Shown: positions 48,130-57,231, counted from the first letter of the stretch. The stretch: 64,000 bases of DNA from Balneolales bacterium (GCA_041749075.1 JBGTBY010000031.1:148342-212341), one strand, 5' to 3'. The notes: generated by a model not told the origin, from the sequence alone. Numbers and translations are program-made.

Positions 48130-49035
48130 ATGAAATTGTTCAACATTGCCATCCCAATGTTCAGCGTGCTGCTGAGTTGCTCATCTGTCATGAAAGACAC
48201 GGATGATGTTGTATTTCCTGAGTTGTATCCCATCCATGGCGAAACACAGGTCGTGGATGCGCCACGGACCTACAAAGGATTGGATTTGACGTTGACCAAC
48301 AATGGCATCCCAACAATCTCTGCAAATGACAGCATCATTGGTGTCGTCTGCATCGGAATGAGTAATGCCGCTCAGGAATGTGATCGATACATTCTTGCCG
48401 CTCAAACGGTGTTTGCAGGTGAGGTCAACCCCGATGTACGCATTGTCAATTGCGCACTCGCGAGCCATGCCATTGAGCGATGGAACGACCCTGCATATGA
48501 CACGGCACTTTGGACCCGCTGCACAGATCTGATTTCAGAGGCAGGGCTCTCACTTTCCGATATCCAGGTTGTTTTGCATAAAGCAGCGAATCAGTACACG
48601 ATTGGTCCAAATCAGCAACCGCTGCCGTATTACCCCAATCCGGATAGTGACTTTTTTAAATTCAAAACCAACCTGACCACATTTGCAGAGCGAGTCACAG
48701 CTTTCTTTCCTGAATTGAAAGCTGTTTATACAACGTCACGCAGTTATGGTGGTTTTTCAAACCGTCCCGAAAGAGGGGAGCCACTCAGTTATGAAGAAGG
48801 GCATGCGCTAAACCAATGGTTGCTTGAGAATGGCTCAGTGAACGGAGTCTGGTTCGGTTGGGGACCCTACATCTGGGCTCCGGAATGCAGCACGGGGATT
48901 AAAAACGGACTTGGGTATTGTTATGACCGGCAAGATTATTCACAAGACGCTGTTCATCCGTTGCCCGCTGGAGAAGTGAAAATCGCAAAAATGTGGCACG
49001 CGAGACTTTCTCAGCACGCGTGGTACAGACGTTGA
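48130..49035 (+). CDS. Lipoprotein, possibly SGNH/GDSL-like hydrolase
   Basis: Start moved to MKLFNIAIPMFSVLLSCSS. VVCIGMSNA (block-I-like Ser) and C-terminal QDAVHP (DxxH-like). Weak assignment. Confidence 0.35.
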   Translation: MKLFNIAIPMFSVLLSCSSVMKDTDDVVFPELYPIHGETQVVDAPRTYKGLDLTLTNNGIPTISANDSIIGVVCIGMSNAAQECDRYILAAQTVFAGEVNPDVRIVNCALASHAIERWNDPAYDTALWTRCTDLISEAGLSLSDIQVVLHKAANQYTIGPNQQPLPYYPNPDSDFFKFKTNLTTFAERVTAFFPELKAVYTTSRSYGGFSNRPERGEPLSYEEGHALNQWLLENGSVNGVWFGWGPYIWAPECSTGIKNGLGYCYDRQDYSQDAVHPLPAGEVKIAKMWHARLSQHAWYRR

Positions 49036-49041
49036 TTTTGT

Positions 49042-49728
49042 CTACAGAAGTGTCTCCCTCGGCGCATCTTGATCGTAATTGCCTTGGTGAGGACGAGAAA
49101 CCAACTCACTTACAGACCCATAGCGGTAATACTGTTTAGCGAATGCGATGAATTCGGCGATTGGAAGTCGGTTGATGTCTTTCTGTTGGAATCCCTGATT
49201 CATCTTGAAATTTGACATCTCGGTCATGAAAACGTTGAAATCATCCCATAATGTGCTTGGACTGCTTGCTATATCAACCCCGTTTTCGACCAACCAGCTC
49301 CTCAATTTATGAATGAGCTCTTCTGACTCGTCCTGATGGCATTTGCAATCTGTGAATGACAGGTCGGACAGTGCTTTCTGAGTGCTATATCGTTCGGCCT
49401 CTAAAATGAGGAATCGCTTTTGCCTATGCTTGGCTTCGACATGGTATAATCGGCATCCGAGATCTAGTCCTAACTCAAAAGGCATGTTGAAACGGTAATA
49501 CTCGCCTGAATCTTTCGATTTGACCCGGCTCAGGTCATGTATCGAATACATCGATCCTTCGATCAATTCTTTGATTTTATCGAGTCGCACTTCTGCCGCA
49601 TTGTTTCGTTCCATCGCGATGCGGGGTTCAAAGCCGATTGCAATCAACGTATGCAAAAGAGGTTTTAGCAGGGGGGCGTATTCATCATCAAAAGGGCAGT
49701 TGATGAACACACTGCGTTCATAGGGCAT
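49042..49728 (-). CDS. TIR-like / nucleoside 2-deoxyribosyltransferase-like domain protein
   Basis: N-terminus SVFINCPFDDEYAPLLKPLLHTLIAIGFEP plus NMPFELGLDLG (conserved Glu context of NDT/TIR-like folds). The C-terminal ~90 aa are unrecognised. Confidence 0.45.
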   Translation of the reverse strand: MPYERSVFINCPFDDEYAPLLKPLLHTLIAIGFEPRIAMERNNAAEVRLDKIKELIEGSMYSIHDLSRVKSKDSGEYYRFNMPFELGLDLGCRLYHVEAKHRQKRFLILEAERYSTQKALSDLSFTDCKCHQDESEELIHKLRSWLVENGVDIASSPSTLWDDFNVFMTEMSNFKMNQGFQQKDINRLPIAEFIAFAKQYYRYGSVSELVSRPHQGNYDQDAPRETLL

Positions 49729-49731
49729 CGT

Positions 49732-49950
49732 TTATTTTTTTGCCTTCAACCACATCTCAACCGACCCATCAGAAGCGTGAATGACGAGATCGGCACCACT
49801 TCGCTTTGTCATGGTTCGTGCATGAGTGATAGCGGATTCTTTTGTATCGAATACTTTCGCGGCACGCTGAGCCCCTTCATTCTTCAAGGCCCAACCGGAT
49901 CCTCGTTTTATGATGTGAGCACGTGGCGGTCGGGTTTTGCTATCTGACAT
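49732..49950 (-). CDS. DUF2188 domain protein
   Basis: Internal start MSDSKTRPPRAHIIKRGSGWALKNEGAQRAAKVFDTKESAITHARTMTKRSGADLVIHASDGSV. The upstream part of the track ORF runs into repeat-like sequence. Confidence 0.65.
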   Translation of the reverse strand: MSDSKTRPPRAHIIKRGSGWALKNEGAQRAAKVFDTKESAITHARTMTKRSGADLVIHASDGSVEMWLKAKK

Positions 49951-50055
49951 GGTTATTCTGGGTAGAAATGGATATATGGAATCTACAACTTCACCACATA
50001 TTGACCCAAATAATCCATTCCTAAATTTGGCATTTAGGAACAATAAGTTATGTGG

Positions 50056-50072
50056 TCTTCGCATCCCGCATC
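50056..50072. repeat. 17-bp perfect inverted repeat, right arm
   Basis: tcttcgcatcccgcatc. Embedded in ACAATAAGTTATGTGGTCTTCGCATCC, which resembles the right end of the TGTCCGCAAG elements. Ends a few nt before the stop codon of the next gene (50079-50081). Confidence 0.85.
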
Positions 50073-50078
50073 CCGCTT

Positions 50079-51191
50079 CTACAGCACCCCTTCCATGGTT
50101 TCTTTGATCAACTGATCCACCACGGCTTTTGGGTCGTTGGTGGAATAAAAGCAGGCGAGTTGACGATCGGATGAGGTCCCATGCCGCAAGATTCTATGAA
50201 TCACTGCGATTTCCTCGCGAGCACCGATATCATCCACCACATCATCCACGAAACTCAACAGTTCGAAGATGAGCGCGCGGGCGTCGACTTCTTTCTTCTT
50301 CCCGAGGTCGAGCAACTTCCCATCCAGTCCCCATCGAACCGCACGCCATTTGTTTTCTTGGATGAGTTCTTTGCGATAGACGCGCCAACTCATGTTATTG
50401 CGACGCAGTTTCAGGAGTTTGGCTACAAGCGCCACTTTCAAAGCGCAGATAGCGATGGCTTCGTCGAGGCGGGTCACTACGTCAGTTATGCGGAACTCTA
50501 GGGTTGGGTAGCGTGGCGACGGACGCAGGTCCCAGCGGATTTTGGTTGGATCATCGAAACAATTCGTTGAGATGGCCACATCCAGATATTCCATATAATC
50601 GCCCCAAGAACGCAGTGTGGGCGGAATTCCAGTACGAGGAAGCGCCTCGAACACGACAGAGCGGTACGATTTGAGTCCGGTGTCGTACCCATCCCAGAAA
50701 GGGGAGCTGGTGGACAAAGCAAGCAAGTGCGGACAAAAATAGCTTAACTGGTTCATCAAATCGATGCGCAGGTCGTTGTCCTCGATTCCCACATGCAGGT
50801 GCATGCCGCAAATGAGCAATTGCCGGGCCAGAACCTTGTTTTCGAGCACCAATCCTTCATAACGGGTGCGTTCGGTGATGGACTGATTTGTCCATTTCGA
50901 AAAGGGATGGGTGCCGCACGCGATGATGTTGAGTCCGTGCTCTTGCGCGATTTCGTGCACCGTTCTGCGGGCATACTTGAGTTGATCGTGCGCCTCTTGA
51001 ATGGACGTGCAGATCGGCGTGCCCACCTCCACCTGACATTGGAGCATTTCGGTGGTGATCGTATTTCCCATTTTGTCCTTTCCGTCTTTCAGAAAGAATT
51101 CCACCGCCGAACTGAGTTCGCCGGTTTTGGGATCAACGATCATGTACTCTTCTTCAACGCCGATGGTGAAGGATGTGGTTGGTTTTGCCAT
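50079..51191 (-). CDS. ybdK: Carboxylate-amine ligase, YbdK / GCS2 family
   Basis: FTIGVEEEYMIVD, LQCQVEVGT, GMHLHVGI. Start probably MAKPTTSF (the ORF extends to 51227). Confidence 0.85.
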   Translation of the reverse strand: MAKPTTSFTIGVEEEYMIVDPKTGELSSAVEFFLKDGKDKMGNTITTEMLQCQVEVGTPICTSIQEAHDQLKYARRTVHEIAQEHGLNIIACGTHPFSKWTNQSITERTRYEGLVLENKVLARQLLICGMHLHVGIEDNDLRIDLMNQLSYFCPHLLALSTSSPFWDGYDTGLKSYRSVVFEALPRTGIPPTLRSWGDYMEYLDVAISTNCFDDPTKIRWDLRPSPRYPTLEFRITDVVTRLDEAIAICALKVALVAKLLKLRRNNMSWRVYRKELIQENKWRAVRWGLDGKLLDLGKKKEVDARALIFELLSFVDDVVDDIGAREEIAVIHRILRHGTSSDRQLACFYSTNDPKAVVDQLIKETMEGVL

Positions 51192-51339
51192 AATGCGGGA
51201 AAGTACATCACGGGGATGTGATTTCAATCAGAAAATAGGTGGCGGGATGATTTTTTAAGAATAATCTTCTTCCGGTTGTAACAAATGCAGGGTCTCGTGA
51301 TCATAGGAGAGTGGTACTTAACACAAGAAGCATACACGT

Positions 51340-51726
51340 ATGAACAATCGTCATTCTACGATGTTGGTCCCGGAGCTACTGGTATTAAACAAGCACCTGC
51401 ATAAGATTCGAACTGTCAGCGAATGGGCTAGAAATTGCTGTATTTCTGAATCTAGTTTGAACAAGCGAATAAATACAATACTAGGCACTTCGCCCAAAAT
51501 TGTTCTTCGCGAGTTAAGGTTTGAAGTGATATGTTCGTTGATTAGAGAACAGGGTTTGCAAGCTACAAGTCAAGGGGTGGCGATTGATTCTGGCTTAGGA
51601 ATCCGTAGCAATGATCTTTACAAATTCTTGTCGATCTACTATGGAACGACGTTCACGCGCTTGAGATATGAGATAATAAGTGGAATGTATACCCCAAAGT
51701 TAAACAGGCTTGGAGATTTGGAATGA
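51340..51726 (+). CDS. Stand-alone AraC-type HTH regulator
   Basis: 128 aa. TVSEWARNCCISESSLNKRINTILGTSPKIVLRELRFEVICSLI resembles one AraC HTH unit. Confidence 0.5.
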   Translation: MNNRHSTMLVPELLVLNKHLHKIRTVSEWARNCCISESSLNKRINTILGTSPKIVLRELRFEVICSLIREQGLQATSQGVAIDSGLGIRSNDLYKFLSIYYGTTFTRLRYEIISGMYTPKLNRLGDLE

Positions 51727-52373
51727 TCCAGTCGTGGTTTGACCGAGTCGCCGGTTGGCAGCTGTATCTGATGGTCACATCTTTCTATCTCGGGTTGGTG
51801 TTCTTCTCGCAACAGTTTTTGTTCACAGATGAGCTCGTCCGAAACCAACTTTCGGAAATCTACCCAGCCTACATGATTCAAGATGTGTTAGAGTTGAGAA
51901 GCCGATTTTGGTGGGTCGGATATGTATTAGAACCGATCATTCTCTTCCTGAAGTTGCTTTTGTTTTTTTTGCCGGTCAGTGTTCTGGCTCTGTTATCTGA
52001 TTTGAATTATTCACCAAGGGATATTTTCAAAGCCGCTTTATTTGCCGAATTCGCATTCTTCATACAGCGTTTTTGGTATACGGCTCTTAGCTCAAAGCAC
52101 ACTGACAAATTATTTGATAGTACAATCATTGATCTTTACCCCTTAAGTCTGATTGGAATATTAGGATCCCGAAATGTGGTTCACTGGCTGGTCTATCCAC
52201 TGCAGACTATCAACATCTTTGAGATGATTTTCATCGTGATCACTAGTTGGTTTTTGTCAAGGTGCTGGAGCATGGGGTTTGCAACAACCTTGAATCTGGT
52301 GCTACCCGCCTATCTGATCGGTCTAGTTCTTTGGATGGGCTTTGTTGTATTTGTCACTATTCAGTTAATTTGA
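51723..52373 (+). CDS. Polytopic membrane protein (Yip1-like?), bacteriocin-locus associated
   Basis: 216 aa with about 5 TM segments. Overlaps the upstream stop. No firm family. Confidence 0.45.
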   Translation: MIQSWFDRVAGWQLYLMVTSFYLGLVFFSQQFLFTDELVRNQLSEIYPAYMIQDVLELRSRFWWVGYVLEPIILFLKLLLFFLPVSVLALLSDLNYSPRDIFKAALFAEFAFFIQRFWYTALSSKHTDKLFDSTIIDLYPLSLIGILGSRNVVHWLVYPLQTINIFEMIFIVITSWFLSRCWSMGFATTLNLVLPAYLIGLVLWMGFVVFVTIQLI

Positions 52374-52374
52374 C

Positions 52375-54585
52375 ATGTCATTTTCAATAGATAAGGCTAT
52401 CCGGAACGCTTGGGTTCGGCAAGAGGATCAAAATGACTGTGGCGTAGCCTGTTTGAAATCCATCATCTCGTTTTACAACGGTGATGCCGATCTAGAGTCC
52501 TTGCGCCGTGCATCGGGTACGAGCCGAACTGGCACAACAATGTTGGGCTTATATCAAGCCGCGCCGAAATTCGGTCTTATTGCGGAGGCCTATGAGGCCG
52601 ATATTGAAAATCTCGCAAAACAGACGGAGCCATGTATCCTTCATGTAGTTAAAAACAAGATACTTTTGCACTATATCGTTTGCTATGGGTTCAACGGAAC
52701 TGGATTTATCATTAGCGACCCTGCTGATGGTATAACCGTATTGTCCTCGAGTGAACTAGAAACGATCTGGCAGAGCAGAGCGCTTTTACTTTTAAAAAAG
52801 TCTGATTCGTTTGTCGTGGTTTCTGAAAAGCGGAACCACCGACTAAAATGGTTGTGGAACTTGGCAGAACAAGATGTCAATATATTATCGGTCGCCCTCA
52901 TGCTTGGTCTGGTTATAGCCATCCTTGGTCTGGCTTCAGCAATTTTTACTCAGAAGCTTATTGACGTATTCCTACCTGAGAAACAATTGTTATTGCTGGT
53001 TACTGGGCTTTCATTGATGACCTTTTTATTGTTAGCGCGATCTTTCCTTAGCCGCATTCGGATGTTTTTCCTAATTCGCCAAAGCCGAGGTTTCAATAAC
53101 CGTATGATTGGTCGATTTTATGGTTCTCTGATGCGATTGCCATTCGAGTTTTTCTCCGGACGTAAGACAGGAGATCTAATTGCCCGGATGAATGACACCC
53201 AGCGACTCCAAACAACAATCACATATCTGTTCGGAGACGTGATCATCGATGGGTTGATTATTATCGTTTCCGCAGCATTCGTAGCCTATTATTCGTCACA
53301 TCTTGCAATCTTGTTAATTGCTGCTATTCCAATTTTTATGGCAATTACATGGCGCTTTAACAAGCCTGTTAGGGATGGACAGATTGCCGTGATGCAGGCT
53401 CATGCAATGACTGAAAGTCAATATATGGATACAATTCAAGGGATAGAGGCTATTAAGGGGTCTGGGAAGGAATCCACATTCACAGAGCTTACGCTTAACG
53501 TATATCAGCACTTTCAACAAATGCGTTTTGAACTTGGCAGAGTTGGTATTCGTTTTCAATTCTTGAACGAAGTGGTCGGTATTGGGTTCATGACCGCGCT
53601 ATTTGGTCTTGGTTCATGGATGGTTTTAGAGAACACCCTACAACTCGGGGCATTAATGGCACTCATCCAAATGGGATCTCAACTCTTACCGGCGGCCTCA
53701 CGCCTGTCCATGACCAACCTAAGAATACAAGAAGCCAAGGTAGCTTTCGATCGGATGTATGCATTCACCTCTTTGGAATCTGAACAACCAGAATCGGTGC
53801 AAAGGGGAGTTCGATCAGAAGTGGATCAAGCCAAACAGCCGATCACCAGCTTGCACCTTGAGAACATAACTTTTCGATTTCCAGGTCGCAAGGCCTTGTT
53901 AGAGGATGTAAATCTTGAGGTACATAAGGGCGAAATGATTGGGATTCTTGGAGAGAGTGGATCGGGAAAGACAACTCTGCTTCAATTGATAGAGAGGCTT
54001 TATCCGGTAGAATCAGGACGGATTTGTATAAACGAATCTATTTCAGCCGAATCGATTCCATTGTCGGATTGGCGTCGGACTGTGGGGGTGGTTCCTCAGC
54101 AGGTCAAGATCTTCAACACCGGTTTGCTGCAAAATGTTGCTGTGGACAACGTCGAAGGAGAAGCTGATGTGCATCGTCTTATCGGGTTTTGCAAAGAAGT
54201 TGGTCTTCATGAATTAGTTATGCGATTCCCTCAGGGATATGCAACCTTATTGGGCGAGGAAGGTGTTAATATTTCAGGTGGACAGCGTCAGCTCGTTGGG
54301 TTGGCAAGAGCCCTATATTCAGGACCGAAAATATTGTTGCTTGATGAGGCCACGTCTGCAATGGATCGAATCACAGAGCGCATGGTTTTGGGGCTACTGG
54401 AACATCAACTGGAACACATGGCCATGATTTGGGTCACTCACAGGATCCACACCCTGAGTGAATGTGATAGGATTTATATACTTGATCAGGGTCGGATTCA
54501 GGACCAAGGCACTGCGACTTCACTGATGGAGCGTGAGAATAGCTATTCGCAAGCTGTTCGAGAGATTCGGAGTTTGCTTAAATAA
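52375..54585 (+). CDS. Peptidase-C39-domain ABC transporter (double-glycine leader cleaving bacteriocin exporter)
   Basis: C39 motif QEDQNDCGVACLKSIISFYNG and HYIVCYG. 6-TM ABC membrane domain. Walker A GESGSGKTT, signature ISGGQRQ, Walker B ILLLDEATS. Confidence 0.9.
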   Translation: MSFSIDKAIRNAWVRQEDQNDCGVACLKSIISFYNGDADLESLRRASGTSRTGTTMLGLYQAAPKFGLIAEAYEADIENLAKQTEPCILHVVKNKILLHYIVCYGFNGTGFIISDPADGITVLSSSELETIWQSRALLLLKKSDSFVVVSEKRNHRLKWLWNLAEQDVNILSVALMLGLVIAILGLASAIFTQKLIDVFLPEKQLLLLVTGLSLMTFLLLARSFLSRIRMFFLIRQSRGFNNRMIGRFYGSLMRLPFEFFSGRKTGDLIARMNDTQRLQTTITYLFGDVIIDGLIIIVSAAFVAYYSSHLAILLIAAIPIFMAITWRFNKPVRDGQIAVMQAHAMTESQYMDTIQGIEAIKGSGKESTFTELTLNVYQHFQQMRFELGRVGIRFQFLNEVVGIGFMTALFGLGSWMVLENTLQLGALMALIQMGSQLLPAASRLSMTNLRIQEAKVAFDRMYAFTSLESEQPESVQRGVRSEVDQAKQPITSLHLENITFRFPGRKALLEDVNLEVHKGEMIGILGESGSGKTTLLQLIERLYPVESGRICINESISAESIPLSDWRRTVGVVPQQVKIFNTGLLQNVAVDNVEGEADVHRLIGFCKEVGLHELVMRFPQGYATLLGEEGVNISGGQRQLVGLARALYSGPKILLLDEATSAMDRITERMVLGLLEHQLEHMAMIWVTHRIHTLSECDRIYILDQGRIQDQGTATSLMERENSYSQAVREIRSLLK

Positions 54586-54599
54586 GTTGTATCGAAATG

Positions 54600-54644
54600 G
54601 GAGACAGATTTACTGATTTTGGAGACAATCAGGAATTGGGGACA
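54600..54644 (+). promoter_or_regulatory. Three direct repeats GGAGACA / GGAGACA / GGGGACA upstream of the peptide genes
   Basis: Copies start at 54600, 54621 and 54638 (21- and 17-nt spacing), 70-115 nt upstream of the ATG at 54715. Candidate regulator-binding array. Confidence 0.3.
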
Positions 54645-54714
54645 ACTATTTTTGGATTTATACTAGACTAATCGATTAGGTTCAATAATTAATTATCAAA
54701 ATAAGTACGTAAAT

Positions 54715-54918
54715 ATGAATACACTAAATTTCTCCCAAATGGAAGAACTCTCTGGTGGAGATTCTAATGTGAAAGCTCTGGGATTCACATGTGGTTATGC
54801 TACAGGCGTAGCAATTGTTGTAGCAGGTTTTCTAACCGGTGGTCTTGCATGGTTTGTTGGTGGAATGATCGCTGGTCCCACCTGTATTGCTGCAATTGCT
54901 TACACTGCAAGTAACTAA
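54715..54918 (+). CDS. Double-glycine-leader peptide 1 (class II bacteriocin-like precursor)
   Basis: MNTLNFSQMEELSGG | DSNVKALGFTCGYATGVAIVVAGFLTGGLAWFVGGMIAGPTCIAAIAYTASN. 15-aa GG leader, then a Gly-rich hydrophobic 52-aa core with GxxxG motifs and 2 Cys. Confidence 0.75.
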   Translation: MNTLNFSQMEELSGGDSNVKALGFTCGYATGVAIVVAGFLTGGLAWFVGGMIAGPTCIAAIAYTASN

Positions 54919-54932
54919 AAAGAGGAATTACT

Positions 54933-55130
54933 ATGAAAAGTTTAACAACTCAGAATATGATAAGTCTTGAGGCCGGAAGTTGGTGGGACTTAGTCGATTC
55001 AGCTTGTGCCGGATATGCATTAGTGGTAGGATTAACGTACGGCGCTGTAATTGCAAACCCAGTGGGTGGGGCAATTGGTGCAGGTTGTGCTATTCGAGGT
55101 GCTTATGTTGTGCTGGATAGTATAAAATAA
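54933..55130 (+). CDS. Double-glycine-type leader peptide 2 (class II bacteriocin-like precursor)
   Basis: MKSLTTQNMISLEAG | SWWDLVDSACAGYALVVGLTYGAVIANPVGGAIGAGCAIRGAYVVLDSIK. 15-aa leader ending AG, a core with GxxxG motifs and 2 Cys. AGAGGA lies 7 nt upstream of the ATG. Confidence 0.7.
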   Translation: MKSLTTQNMISLEAGSWWDLVDSACAGYALVVGLTYGAVIANPVGGAIGAGCAIRGAYVVLDSIK

Positions 55131-55154
55131 CTTCGAATTGACCGAATATGCGAT

Positions 55155-55832
55155 ATGTGGGGCGTATATTTAGTGAATACCCCAATTATCGTAACTGACT
55201 TGTTTCGACACTACATTGCTAACCTATTTTCGACTCAGGAACAAAGATACTACATCCTTCTTTTGTTCCTGATCGTCGATTTGCCACTTTTCGTTGTGGC
55301 TGTTTCGATGGGGTATGGCGTTGCCTCGGTACTGGGTCAACATTCCCTGCATCATGGGCTGATGTGGCTATCCCTATTCGCCTTTCTTTCGATTGGACAA
55401 GGAATCTTCCTGAAGCCCGCATCCATCAATCTTCAGCCCTATTTGCTGTTGCCCATTACTCGGACCAAGTTATTCATCTATGCCCTAATTCCGGTCATGT
55501 GCGATCGAAGCGGCGTGTTTGTGTTTCTATTACTTGGCAGCTTGACATGGTTTGATCCATCCATGAGTCCGTTCATGAAAATCCTGCTATTCACCGGACT
55601 CATTCCTTTCATCACCCTCTCAAGCATCTATACCTATTTCGTCCAACATCTTAAGGGGCTCAACAAAACCTATCTCATAATCCCGGTTCTGATTGTCATC
55701 CTCATCGGTTGGATGTGGATACAACCACTAACGATTCACCCACTATTGGTGATCGTCACCCTATCTTTTCCCCTTCCTATCGTGATCAAAGCCTTGTCGA
55801 CAACCATGTTTTATGTAAGCACGGATCGATGA
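55155..55832 (+). CDS. Polytopic membrane protein (putative immunity / ABC permease component)
   Basis: 225 aa with about 6 TM segments. Followed by a second membrane protein and an ABC ATPase with ATGA-type overlaps. Confidence 0.5.
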   Translation: MWGVYLVNTPIIVTDLFRHYIANLFSTQEQRYYILLLFLIVDLPLFVVAVSMGYGVASVLGQHSLHHGLMWLSLFAFLSIGQGIFLKPASINLQPYLLLPITRTKLFIYALIPVMCDRSGVFVFLLLGSLTWFDPSMSPFMKILLFTGLIPFITLSSIYTYFVQHLKGLNKTYLIIPVLIVILIGWMWIQPLTIHPLLVIVTLSFPLPIVIKALSTTMFYVSTDR

Positions 55833-56542
55833 AAACGAACTCCATCTCTTATTTGATCTGGATGGTGTTTCGTCGCACCGCTCGGGCGAAATACCTGCCT
55901 TGGGGAGCATTCTTTTACTGTTTGTTCGGGTTTTCAGCCTTGTATACCGGACTAGTGAAAAATGAGTGGTTTTTTGTAAGCATCGGCTATACGATAGGAA
56001 GCATCTCAGTAGGTCTCATGATCGTGCTGCATGTGTTACGACTTTTGAGTGTGAGTTTTGATGGGATTCTGGTCTGGCCGATCTCGTCTCAAGACCTGTT
56101 GAAAGGAGTGAACCGTGTAGCCCAGATGATCACTATTGGCTTATACACTCCAGCAATGCTACTGGTCATTTACTATAATGCATCCATCCTTCCGCATTTT
56201 CTTGCTGCGATGCTGTTCAGCTTGTTTGTGGTACAACCCGTTTACATCCGATTGATGCTGTTCGAAACGAATCGGTATGATGTGACTAAGGGGATGTTCG
56301 CGACGGGTGATGCGATGGTATCCAGACCCTTCCTCAATAACCTGGCCACGATCGGATTTGCGGGGTTGTGCATTGGTCTGAGCTGGCTCGCTTCCCAAGC
56401 AGATCTTTTAAATGTTCTATGGCTTTTCTTTGCCATTTTCGGAGGAATTGGCCTGCTACTATCTTCATCCATCCATCGCAACGAAGTCACAACATTTCAA
56501 ACCAATCGATACGTCATCGCCAACGGATTCAGAAAAAAATGA
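55829..56542 (+). CDS. Polytopic membrane protein (putative immunity / ABC permease component)
   Basis: Start moved to MKTNSISYLIWMVFRR, which overlaps the upstream stop. About 6 TM segments. Confidence 0.5.
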   Translation: MKTNSISYLIWMVFRRTARAKYLPWGAFFYCLFGFSALYTGLVKNEWFFVSIGYTIGSISVGLMIVLHVLRLLSVSFDGILVWPISSQDLLKGVNRVAQMITIGLYTPAMLLVIYYNASILPHFLAAMLFSLFVVQPVYIRLMLFETNRYDVTKGMFATGDAMVSRPFLNNLATIGFAGLCIGLSWLASQADLLNVLWLFFAIFGGIGLLLSSSIHRNEVTTFQTNRYVIANGFRKK

Positions 56543-57231
56543 CCATTCAGATCAAGAAGCTTCGAAAAACCTATGGTACGTTTGAATGCTCGGTGGATGA
56601 ATTGTTCATCGAATCCGGCCAAACCATCAAACTATATGGCAACAACGGCGCTGGAAAAACAACACTTTTGCGTTTGCTACTGAATCTGATACCAGCGGAT
56701 GGGGGCGACATACTTGTAGATGGGATGTCGGTCGTCAACGACTTCGATTGGCGAAAAAAGACTGCAGCTTATCTGGATGAGGGATTTCAAATTCCTTTCC
56801 TGACAGTAGACGAATACCTGCGATTTCTGCTGGATGTGTATGGATGTCATGTTCCAGCCGAGTTGAATCTGCATCAAACCCATGGTGGATTGATCGATCA
56901 GGATTTCGACACATCCGTCCGTGTTGGGAAATTGTCTGCCGGAAATCGGGTGAAGGCGGGTTTGCTGGGCGTGTTTATCGTCACACCATCGTTACTTGTG
57001 CTGGATGAACCCTTTGCTCATTTGGATCCGCGATCGAAAGCCGGACTCATTTCGCTTATCGATAGTTATCGACACGAACATCCCGCCGCGACCATCCTCC
57101 TCTCCAGTCACGACATCAGCATCACGAATCGGATTTCAGGACGAAATCTTGTGATGAGGAAAGGTCAGATCATCTATGATGGGTTGGATCATGAAAAGAG
57201 TGCGTCCGAAATCGAAGCTCTTCTGATGTGA
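56539..57231 (+). CDS. ABC transporter ATP-binding protein
   Basis: Start moved to MTIQIKKLRKTYG. Walker A GNNGAGKTT, signature LSAGNRVK, Walker B LLVLDEPFAHLD. Confidence 0.85.
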   Translation: MTIQIKKLRKTYGTFECSVDELFIESGQTIKLYGNNGAGKTTLLRLLLNLIPADGGDILVDGMSVVNDFDWRKKTAAYLDEGFQIPFLTVDEYLRFLLDVYGCHVPAELNLHQTHGGLIDQDFDTSVRVGKLSAGNRVKAGLLGVFIVTPSLLVLDEPFAHLDPRSKAGLISLIDSYRHEHPAATILLSSHDISITNRISGRNLVMRKGQIIYDGLDHEKSASEIEALLM

